A DNA stretch of 64,000 bases from Octopus vulgaris. Its lineage: Eukaryota. The notes under the pieces were generated by a model. The model worked only from the letters and a program-made list of their open reading frames with translations. It had not been told where the DNA came from and made no database searches. The translations under genes and the position numbers were made by a program. Where the stretch lies: positions 2,418,001-2,482,000 of the forward strand of contig OX597831.1 of the NCBI GenBank assembly GCA_951406725.2, written 5' to 3'. Shown here in pieces: positions 52,816-64,000 of this stretch. Numbering within the stretch: the stretch's first letter is position 1; each line of letters begins with the position of its first letter.

Positions 52816-55800
52816 AATATATTGAGTACCAGTGAAACACTTAGGACAATGTAATCAACTAGTCCCTTCTCCCAAAATTTCAGGCCTTGTGCCTTTAGTA
52901 GAAAGGATTATTATTATTATTATTAATATTATCCTGGTCAAAGTTGGCAACCTGGCAGAATCATTAGCACTCTGTGCAAAATGTTTAGTGGTATTTCATC
53001 TGTCTTCATGTTCTGGATTGAGCACTGGGGTTGATTTAATCGATTTAACCCCTCCCCCAGAATTGCTGGCATTGTACCAAAATTTAAAACTATTATTATT
53101 ATTATTAATATCATCCTGGTCACAAAAAAATATATGCTGTCATATTAGATCTAAATTCTATTCTACATATGAGCCAAGAATGAAGTCATTTGACCTGCTA
53201 AAAATAGCTGCAAAATATCACTCCCATCACATCCTACTATCTTTAACAAGAAAAGGAAGAACATTTTGAGCATGTTGTCCTATATACTAAAAAACAGGTT
53301 AGTCATGGTTGGAATGCCTTTGATCATAGGGTTTCATGTGGGACTAAATGAAAAACAATCACTATGACCATTCTACTCAATGTGTTACTATGACTACATT
53401 GTAGTGTATACGAGGTATTATCTTGTTTACAGTATATGCTAGTGTCCACTTTGCACTTTTCTTATGCATAAATGCCACAAAAATTGTCATGTGTTTAATG
53501 CAACCATATTATAGATGGGATACTGAGTGTATGTGTGTATAATGAAACATGTATTTATAGCATTTAAACTGGCCATATCTAGCCCAAATATTCTAGCTAT
53601 TTTACATTAAAGCCAGCCAGATTTTACCCCTTACACCTGCCCTACAATGTCATTCTAAAATCAAACAATCACATCTAGCAATGGCCGCGCTCACATAAAA
53701 AGCACCATTTGAGCGTGACCATTGCCAGTACCACCAAACTGGCCCTCGTGCCGGTGGCACGTAAAAGCACCCACTACACTCTCGGAGTGGTTGGCATTAG
53801 GAAGGGCATCCAGCTGTAGAAACTCTGCCAGATCAGATTGGAGTCTGGTGCAGCCATCTGATTCGCCAGACCTCAGTCAAATCGTCCAATCCATGCTAGC
53901 ATGGAAAGCAGGCGTTAAATGATGATGATGATGATGACATCATTGAAATCTCAAAGCTATGAAATAATGCATGATTAATTCAAATCAATGTGAACGAATA
54001 AGCATTACCTTTGACAGAATAATTTGAATGTTAAAAGGTTAAATATATATATAGCTACAGGCATGGCTTTGTGGTTGAGAAGTCTGTTTCCCAACAATAA
54101 GTGCATGATTAATGCAAAATAAGATGAATAAATAAGCATTACATTTGACAGAATAATCTGAATGCTAAAGGGTTAAATCTGGGGAGTTTTTTTCCACAAA
54201 ATACACTTGTAAAGTAGGGATACATCTTATGTGAAAGAGCATTTTATATGCTGACAAATACAGCTCTGAACTTGGATACCATTTTACTTCATTTACTGCT
54301 ATGGCTATGTCATATTCTGTATCTTGTAAGTGTTAGATGATGATTCTGTTAAGTTATTTTAATACGATTCAAGGGTGACAAGGTGGCAGAACCATTAGCG
54401 CTTCTTCTGGCTTTACATTGTGAGTTCAAATGATGTTGAGGTTAACTTTGCTTTCCATTCTCTAAAGAGTCGAAGTGATCACTTTACTCCTCCTCCAAAA
54501 TTTCTGACTTTGTGCCTACATTTGAAAGGATTTTAACACTATTCACAGAAAGTGCTGAGGTTAGAAAGGGTTTGTGGGTTCTAACATGCATGAGTCAGTG
54601 ACAGTGTACTATAGACATCAAATGCCAGGCATTTATCAGTGTTTATGTACATATGAGGGAGAGAGAGGACAAAAGCTAGAGAGTGAGAGATGACTTCATT
54701 CTGTCTTATTATATAATGGATGCACAGAACTTGTTCTATGAACAAGTGGGAACAGGTTTTCACAAATCAAAATGTATGCTATAATGGGGATAGAATCCTC
54801 GAAACACTAGTTATGAACAAACCAGTGTGAGAGCTTCTGTATAGCTCTAAATCTCGCAAATCCCACCTTATCAATTTTCATGAAACAAATAGGAAGATGG
54901 AGTGAATATTATAGTTCTACACAAGCTGTGTGTGCAAAACATAAGCTGGAGTGCTATGGCTGGACTGTCTTTTATCATATGTATGCCCAGTGAACAGTGA
55001 AGGCTGACTTGTGCTGGATTTGGTTAGCTTGGCAGGATAAAAAATAGTGTAGTTAGTATGAGTGGGGAATAGGACATATGAAGTAACTGAATAACGATTA
55101 ATTATATTATTGAAAAATTTCCACATGGTGCCATCTGCATGATGAACACATGTAGGCTACCATACTTGTCTGCCTTTTAATTTTTTTTTTTTTTAGTATG
55201 TTTTCGTACAGAAGTGAAATTTGTGAAGAGATAACTTACTGTATTTTTAAATTCTGAGACATAATTTCGTACCCTGTGATGGCATTCTGTTCGGCCAATT
55301 AACAAGACACTTAATTCTATATGGCCCTTGCTCATGTAGCTGTTTGGGAATTGGTTGATGGGGGTAGGTGTTAATGGGAGTGGAATGAGATGGCTTGGTG
55401 CAGTTGTTTGGATGCAAATGATTTGGTACACCAGACTGGACATTCAGGCTGTTTTGGTGACCGTATATTTTGGCACTGGAGGCACACACACTCTTACACA
55501 TACATGGGTACAGAAATATATAGGTTGAGAGAGAGAGACAGACAAAGAGAGCCATTTCAATTTATTAATAGAACACGAGATTTGACACAAACACACTTTC
55601 CCTCTCTTCATGCACACAGTGAAATCATCATCATCATCATCATCGTTTAACGTCCGTTTTCCATGCTAGCATGGGTTGGACGGTTCAGCTGGGGTCTGGG
55701 CTCACATAAACAGAAGAAGGGAAAGAATGAGAGAAACATTATAATATCTGATATCAAATAAGTCAGCATTGGATCAGCAATGCCAAAACAGCTGTGCCAA

Positions 55801-56434
55801 AACTTCTCATACCCAACTGGGCAAATTAGGGTTAGACTGTCATCATGTCACAATAGCAAGTTAGTTCTCATCATCTTCTTATTGCAACACAATCTTAAAT
55901 TAAGTATCTGCTCTGTATGGATCCTTATTTTTTATGAAAGGAATAATTAAAAAACCTCGTTAATATCATAGTTTGTCTTTTTTACTGCAGGGCTGTGAGT
56001 GAGGATTTAGAGATGGAAGTTGTGAAGTTGTTGTCATCGTCATCATTGCTGCTACCATTTGTGTTGGGTAAAACCTAAGTCGGCCTTGTTTCTGTAAACC
56101 TACAGCCATAGGTGGATTTAGCTGAGCTGATAGAATGTTGTATTCAAACAGCTTCCTTTGTTGTGGCCAGCCTATGTCTATTGAGAAGCTTGAAGCATCC
56201 TGTCTTTTGATTTAAAGCTTGTGAAGACACTGGGGACTTGTTGTTAGGAAAGAATTTCGCTACCACATCAAATAAGTCAACCAGTTACATACAAGCTTGC
56301 TTACTGGCACTGTCAATGCCTTTCTTCACTTCAAACAAATAAATGTTCAGTAAATTAATCTTTTTGTGACCTGTCCTTCACCGAAACAGGATTACTATAA
56401 ACTATGAGTGATGCTAGCTCTAAACTGACTTTAA

Positions 56435-56668
56435 CCCTTTGGAGATGGAACATAATTTGGAGTTTCAGTGCCAAGAAAATGGAACCCTTTTTACAAGCCC
56501 TGCAGAGGTTATGCACTTATTTTTCAAAACAAAATTATAAAAATATAAAGTAATTGCTTTATATATATAAAGCTATATATATTCTCGTAGGAAATTGAAT
56601 GAACTAATACAATCTTCTTCATCATTCAACTTATTGGCCAATAGATCAGCCCTGTTGTCTCCTAAGGG
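56435..56668. mobile_element. piggyBac-type MITE family C
   Basis: TTAA|CCCTTTGGAGA...TCTCCTAAGGG|TTAA. Confidence 0.75.
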
Positions 56669-57194
56669 TTAAATAGATCAAATGAAAAAAATAATAATTA
56701 CATCTCTCTCAAAAAAAAATTAAGCATCATAAAACAAAATGGAAATTTTGGATGTTCTAAGTGCAATTTGTGGATATACCTTATTTAAAGGGTAAACCTT
56801 GATTTGGCTCCAACCTGCATTAAGGATTTTAATTACTTACAAATAACAATGTAATATTTTTACACCAGAAAGATATTTTGTGTTTCACATTTTGATGTAT
56901 GTTTTTTTTTTTTGTATAAATATAATATTCTATATAAGTAGTATCTAACTTAAGTGTTGTTGTTTAATCTTTATGCAGATGGTATCTCTGAGTTATATAT
57001 TCTGTTAACTGTTATATTTTTCTACTACAACCAGTGTTCAATCACATACATTTACTTCATGATTCTTCTGTCACTACTTCATGCATACTCTGAAGTTTAT
57101 GCTTTGCTAACAAGTTCATAATAAAACTGAAACATGTGCAGAATTGTCTCTTGTACTTACTGAAATAAATAATTAAAATATCAACCTGGGACTA

Positions 57195-57203
57195 TTATAT
57201 ATA

Positions 57204-57235
<32 letters not shown>

Positions 57236-57306
57236 ATGTGTGTGTGTGTGTATGTGTGTGTGTGTGTATGTGTATGTGTGTGTATATATATATATGTATG
57301 TGTGTG

Positions 57307-57337
<31 letters not shown>

Positions 57338-57593
57338 ATATATATGTGTGTGTATATGTGTGTGTGTGTGTGTATGTATATATATATATATATGTGTGTG
57401 TGTATATATATATATATGTGTGTGTGTGTATATATATGTGTGTGTGTGTGTGTATATATGTGTGTGTGTGTGTGTATATATATATGTGTGTATGTATGTA
57501 TATATATGTATGTATATATTAGATATTTATTTATATATATATGTATGTATATATTAGATATTTATTTATATATATATGTATGTATATATTAGA

Positions 57594-57639
<46 letters not shown>

Positions 57640-57640
57640 A
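57195..57640. repeat. Compound (TA/TG) microsatellite with three ~36-38-bp TTAGATATTTATTTATATA units
   Basis: Read directly from the sequence. Confidence 0.9.
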
Positions 57641-57714
57641 TATATATTGATAGTAATGGTAAGAAACAAAAGAATGAAAGAGAACTAGATTTTATATAAA
57701 TAGAGGAATTTATC

Positions 57715-57902
57715 TGTAAATGGAAGGATTGGACAAAAGAGAGGAAGGAGTCTAGTTGTTCGTGGGAGAGCAAGGTCGCACCGATACAGTCCTCAATATA
57801 ACAACTGTATAGTTTGGGAGTGGGACCAGTGAATCTTGAAAATATTTGGGCCTCAACGTAGCCAACAAACAGGTTCGCATAGTAATACTTATTCCCATGG
57901 CC
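57715..57902 (-). mobile_element. Penelope-like reverse transcriptase fragment
   Basis: AMG..., YANLFVGYVEAQIF...PKLYSCYIEDCIGAT...LDSFLSFVQSFH matches the PLE RT pattern (AMG-ANLFM-RYIDD, here decayed to YIED). Confidence 0.85.
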
Positions 57903-59024
57903 ACGAGCATTTCTGGCATTTTGCCTGGGCAATTGTCATTGATGATCTTCCTTGGTCACAGGTGGCAGCCATCATCATCATTATTACATATATATATATT
58001 TATGATCATCATTATTATATATATATATATAATAATTATGATGGTGGCTGCCACATGTGACCTAAGAAGATGATCACTGACGATTGCCCATGCAAAATGC
58101 CAGTAATGTTCATGCATGAAGATATTGCACCAGCAGTCAGCTTTCACCCAGGTTTGTATCAGTGGACTCCATGCTTGCCATGGTCCCCTCCTACTCGACA
58201 CTCCATGCTCCAACACTGCCACACCACACCACACACCACCACAACACATCATGCCACACCACACACCACCACACCATATCACACCACCCCACATACACTA
58301 ACACTGACTACTTCCCAGCACCCATACCATTATCCACACACCTACACATTACAGATGCACACACACACTCACACATGTACATGTCAAAGTGACCAGTTCC
58401 TATGCACTCGCATACACTTACACACTCACACATGCATTTGCACCTTTGTTTCAGGACCACCAATACTTTATTATCTCCCCTTCTTCCTAGCTCTCCTGTC
58501 TAACTACCTTTGTCCAGCCAGCCTCCATGATTGACCACTAGCTACAAAAGTTTTTTATTCTCTCTGTTTATTTCCTTGTGTTCCTTTCTGTTCAGTGTTA
58601 AGATAGCTTTGAAGATTTGCATTACTTGTCATACAAGGCCTTCTGGTTGGTGGAATTTGAACTCTAAATACACAAGTTGACAGATAATACAAAAAAATCT
58701 GCTATATTCTAACAGTTGAGCTTAATTAAACATCATAGGTTGGTACTTTATTTACTGACCACAAAAAAATGAAAGGCATAGTCGACCATGGAACAAGTAC
58801 TGCAAAGCATTCTTTTGATGGTTTAATACAGACATTGACAACCTTTTTCAAGAAGTAGGCTACATGAGACATGGTACCTCCTTATGTAGGGTGCACTACC
58901 AGAACCATTCAAGGTAATTTTTTGTCAGGCATGCCATTCAGAAAGACCTGTGAGCTGCTGTTTACCCACGATTAGTTTAATGTCTCTACACTGTATGGAT
59001 ACGTATGCATGCTTGAGTGTAGGC

Positions 59025-59062
<38 letters not shown>

Positions 59063-59448
59063 TCATTCTCTTTATTTTAATGTTCCATTTTCCATGTGTG
59101 CATGGGTTAGATGAAACTGTATTGAGGCAGGTGCCCCTCATGTTGAAAATATAAAACTGTTTCCATGTAAGATATTTCCCTTAGACATTTGAACAATGAA
59201 GAGTTCAATGGTTGGCTTTTGTGGAGAATTGCAAACAAATAAACTTGTATAGCGGTGACTTGTGTTTACCATTAGCGTGCTTGTATCAAGACAAAGGGAA
59301 TATGCAAATGCATGCGCGTGCACAAATATATCCATCCATCCATTTATATATGTGTATATATGTATGCACACACACACACACAACAGGCTTTTCCAATTTC
59401 TATTTACCAAATTTCATTCGCAAAGCATTTGTTAACCTGTGGCTGTAC

Positions 59449-60210
59449 ATGTGTGTGTATGTGTGTGTGTGTGTGTGCATATGTATGTTCGTGTGTATGT
59501 GTGTTCATATGTGTGTGTGTGTGTGCATATGTATGTTCGTGTGTATGTGTGCATGTGTGTTCATGTGTGTGTGTGTGTGTGCATATCTATGTTCGTGTGT
59601 GTGTGTTCATGTGTGTGTATGTGTGTGTGCATATGTATGTTCGTGTGTATGTATGCATGTGTGTGTATGTGTGTGTGCATATGTATGTTCGTGTGTATGT
59701 GTGCATGTGTGTTCATGTGTGTGTGTGTGTGTGTGCATATCTATGTTCGTGTGTGTGTGTTCATGTGTGTGTGTATGTGTGTGTGCATATGTATGTTCGT
59801 GTGTATGTGTGCATGTGTTCGTGTGTGTGTGTGTGTGTGCATATCTATGTTCGTGTGTGTGTGTTCATGTGTGTGTGTGTGCATATGTATGTTCGTGTGT
59901 ATGTGTGCATGTGTGTATGTGTGTGTGCATATGTATGTTCGTGTGTATGTATGCATGTGTGTTCATGTGTGTGTGTGTGTGCATATGTATGTTCGTGTGT
60001 ATGTGTTCATGTGTGTGTGTGTGTGTGTGCATATGTATGTTCGTGTGTATGTGTGCATGTGTGTCCATGTGTGTGTGTGTGTATACACCTACACATGTTC
60101 GTGTGTTTGCACCTGTATATATTCATGCATATGTATATGCACCTGCATGTTTTCATGTATGTGTGTGTGCACCTGTATGTGTATTCATCGTGTGTGTGTG
60201 TGTGTGTGTA
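59449..60210. repeat. GT-rich minisatellite (GTGCATATGTATGTTCGTGTGT units)
   Basis: More than a dozen variable-length units. Source of the long Cys/Val ORFs. Confidence 0.95.
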
Positions 60211-60899
60211 ATTGACTTATGTTTGTGAGCAGTAAAATGTACCATCCATACATACAACATACACGTTCTCCATCTAAAAAGAATTCATGTCCTGTCTAGC
60301 TGAAGATATATGAATATGATGAATAACTTGCACAAACATTACATATACACATACACTATACAATACATTAAACACAATGCATACAATAGGCACAGTACAA
60401 CTGTTCAATGATCTTTAACATGTTATTAAGTACAGAGCAAGCTCTAAAAACAGTTTAGCATAGAGAGCGCATTTCTCTTTGAGATTTCCATCAATGATGA
60501 TAATAGTTATAAAGATTTCCAGCATAATTCTATTGATTTCTAACAACTCTGCATTGATTGTGGATGTAACAATAAGTTTGTCTGTATATTTATGTTCTTT
60601 GTTTATTTGTTAGGGATGACGTGTGTATTTGTATGTATGTATGTATGTATGTATGTATGTATGTATGTATTTAGGTATGTATATTCTTTTACTCTTTTAC
60701 TTGTTTCAGTCATTTGACTGCGGCCATGCTGGAGCACCGCCTTTAGTCGAATCAAATCGACCCCAGGACTTATTCTTTGTAAGCCTAGTACTTATTCTAT
60801 CGGTCTCTGTCACCGACCCGCTAAGTTATGGGGACGTAAACACACCAGCATCAGTTGTCAAGCAATGTTGGGGGGACAAATATAGACACACAAACATAT

Positions 60900-60950
<51 letters not shown>

Positions 60951-63900
60951 CATTTATACGATGGGCTTCTTTCAGTTTCTGTCTACCAAATCCACTCACA
61001 AGGCTTTGGTTGGCCCGAGGCTATAGTAGAAGACTAGTCAATTACATTGGCCCTAGTGTTTCACTGGTACTTAATTTATTGACTCTGAAAGGATGAATGG
61101 CAGAAGTCGACCTTGGCGGCATATGAACTACAAACATAACAACAGAGTTTCAAATTGTCATTCAAGAAAACAAAAAGGTGTTCTGGAGGCAATGCATGCT
61201 GTTTTAATGTTACCATGTCAGAGACTACTTAACTTATTGGTACAGAGCACTCAGCCAGTATCAAAGAGGGAGAGGGTTGGCTGCTGGCAACCTTTTCAAG
61301 GTGGTGCCCCAGCATGGCCACAGTCTAATGACTGAAACAAGTAAAAGATAATAGATAAAAGATGTGGCTATCCGTTCGTGAGAGCCACATGGTAAAAGAG
61401 ACCGTTCTGAAGTGAAGTGTAAAGATATAATTGTCAAAAATATGAGTCACATAGATCCTCTGACATACTTCAATATCTTCTTCATTATCATCATCATTAT
61501 CATCATCATCACTGTCGTCGTTTAACATCCATTTTCCATGCTGGCATGAGTCAGATGGCTTGACATGGAGCTGACCTGCAGGGAGCTATCTAGACTCCAA
61601 CTGGATGCTCTTCCTAACACCTTTATGTAAATTGCAAATAAAAGCCATAATGCTGTAGGCCAGATCAAATTCTTCAAATCTGTCTCATGCATGAACGTCT
61701 ATACCCATATCTTCACGGTTTGAGACAATTCTTTCAGCCACCAGTTTTGGAACCAAACTCTCTCTTTCACCAATTTGCAGTGGACATGTTTTACAAGATG
61801 CAATTGGCAAAATTGTGCTACATTAGAATTCATTAACCCTTTAGCATTTAAACCCACAATACCCAGCCCAAATATTCTACCTGTTTATGTTCAGACCAGA
61901 GAGATCTCAGTTTCAGGCCTTGTGCCTAGAGTAGAAAAGAATATTTATCCTCTCTTAAATGTGGATGTTCTGTTAGAACAAACTATACTGTGGCAGATAC
62001 CACGAGAGAAACTCTCACATTGGCTTTTGGTGCAAAATTCACTTTTGTTTGTATTGTTATTATTCATCTTGCACCTTCAAGTAATATAAACATGTGTGCA
62101 TTTTTCATGAAAGTTTCTCTCGTGGCATCTACCGCAGTATAGTTTGTTCTAATAGAACACCCACATTTAAATGGAGATAAATATTACGTCTCGGTAATAT
62201 TGCTTCTGTTGCTAATATAAATTATCCAGAATGTTCCACTTTTCTTGAGGCAATGATTTAAAGCAGATTTAGCTCTTATTTCTAGCAGATCATTAACCAT
62301 GTAAGGGATCCTTTGTTAGTTTGTCAATGCAGCAGAATGTCAGAAACATTCTAAAAATGAACAATCACTTTGTTAATATCTTGAAGCTACAAGATAATGA
62401 ATGGTAGATTTAAAACAATGTGAATAAATAACCATTAGATTTGACAAAGGGACCCGAATACCAAAGGGTTAAAAAGAGCCATAAACAAAACTCTTATGCA
62501 CATTTATGTGGTGTAGTGTATAATAATGTAACAGGAGGAGAGGCCGGTCAACTTTTCATTCTTTATTCAGGTTTTTACTGATAGCTCTTGATCATGCAGA
62601 AATGAACACAGGATGCCATAATTTGTATTTACCATTTAAGCATTTTAGAACCCTTCATTATCTTCACTTGCAAATCTAAATGGAAAGAAATTCAAGAAAA
62701 GATCCTTTGTCACCAAATGTACATTCACCAGTATGATCTTCCAACAAGAATTTTTCACTAAACGTTGAGGAAAATGATGGATTTGATTCCTAAGTACCAA
62801 ATATTTTGACCAGTCAGGTGCCAAATGTATATCATAAAATAGCAAAAAAAAGGCACTTTCCACATGTACAATCAAATTAATTCCAACATATCAGTAGAGC
62901 TTCAGAAGGTGGCGAGCTGGCAGAATCGTTAGCATGCCGGGCGAAATGCTTTGTGGTATTTCATCTGCAGTTACGTTCTGAGTTCAAATTCTGTGGAGGT
63001 CGACCTTGCCTTCCTTCCTTTTTGGGTCGATAAATTAAGTACCAGTTATGCACTGGGGGCGATGTAATCGACTTAATCTCTTTGTCTGTCCTTGTTTGTC
63101 CCCTCTATGTTTAGCCCCTTGTGAGCAATAAAGAAATAAGTAAAGCTTCAGAACTTTGGCAGGGACAAAGTGTTCTTCAGTGATATTGGTATCTAGATTG
63201 TTTGTTGTTGTCCTTGTGGTGACCTCAACAGGAATTCACCTTGCATGGAAAATGAATGCAACAGATGGTTTGCAAGACCATTTGTCAATGAGACTCAAAG
63301 AATGGAAAGAAGAGCATCTGAGGATGGAGGCTTCCTTATTTTCGTTGCATAGCACAAAACTGACAAAAATTCCTATTGCACATTTCTGATTACTGTAGAG
63401 TTATGCAATTCAATAAAGTCTATCAAATACCCTGTAAAAATATTGGCAATTTGACTGATAGAATAAGTACCAGTCTTTAAAAAAAAAAGGAGAAAAATAT
63501 AAGTACTGGGGTTGATTAATTCAATTAAAAATTCTTCAAGGTGGTGCCCCAGCATGGCCACAGTCTAATGACTGAAACAAGTAAAAAAGAAAGGATAATA
63601 AAAGTGATTTTTGCTAGACAAATGATGATAATTACTTTGTTCAAAGACAATGCAGTCAGTTGCTGTTGTTGTTTAGTTCAGACCTGCTATAAAAGGCATT
63701 CCAGCTTTTGTTTTCTTTTCTTTCTGTATTATAGGTGCAGGTGTGGTTGTGCATTATAAGAAGCTTGCTTCCCAACCACATGGTTCCAGGTTCAGTCCCA
63801 CTACATGGCACCTTGGGCAAATATCTTCTACTATAGCCTCAGGCCAAATAAGGCCCTGTGAGTGGATCTGATAGACAGAAACCGAAAGAAGCCCATCGTA

Positions 63901-64000
63901 TATGTTGTTTACATTTGTATTTGTGTACCATTTCTGTTCTTTTCCATCCTTGTTTACATAGACATTTGCTGCTTTCTTCCAAGGAATCTAGTGCTCTTAG

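Noticed and set aside
59212-60228. Cys-rich metallothionein-like ORFs
   Set aside because: GT-rich minisatellite open in all three frames.

Overview
AT-rich, repeat-dense eukaryotic genomic DNA. The SINE families and microsatellite density suggest an octopus/coleoid cephalopod (inference). One protein-coding gene can be rebuilt by hand: a + strand lebercilin (LCA5/LCA5L family) gene with five coding exons (34123-34276, 38914-39416, 40638-40775, 43900-44097, 46693-47829; 2130 nt, 709 aa). All its introns are GT-AG and phase-compatible, and three of the exons are missing from the ORF track. A possible start-codon exon of a second, divergent gene lies on the - strand at 8050-8181. The rest is decayed mobile DNA: mariner, DD37D-like and Tigger transposons, piggyBac- and hAT-type MITEs, RTE and L1/Tx1 LINE pieces, Penelope-like (PLE) fragments, many SINEs and microsatellites. 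The most striking region is 32.4-33.45 kb, just upstream of the LCA5 start exon. It holds a canonical minimal type-I hammerhead ribozyme, followed by a near-perfect ~700-bp palindrome. Each arm of the palindrome carries a second hammerhead-shaped motif whose core reads GUGAACA, a compensatory G3:C8 swap of the C3:G8 pair. All calls were made by eye; no database searches were run.
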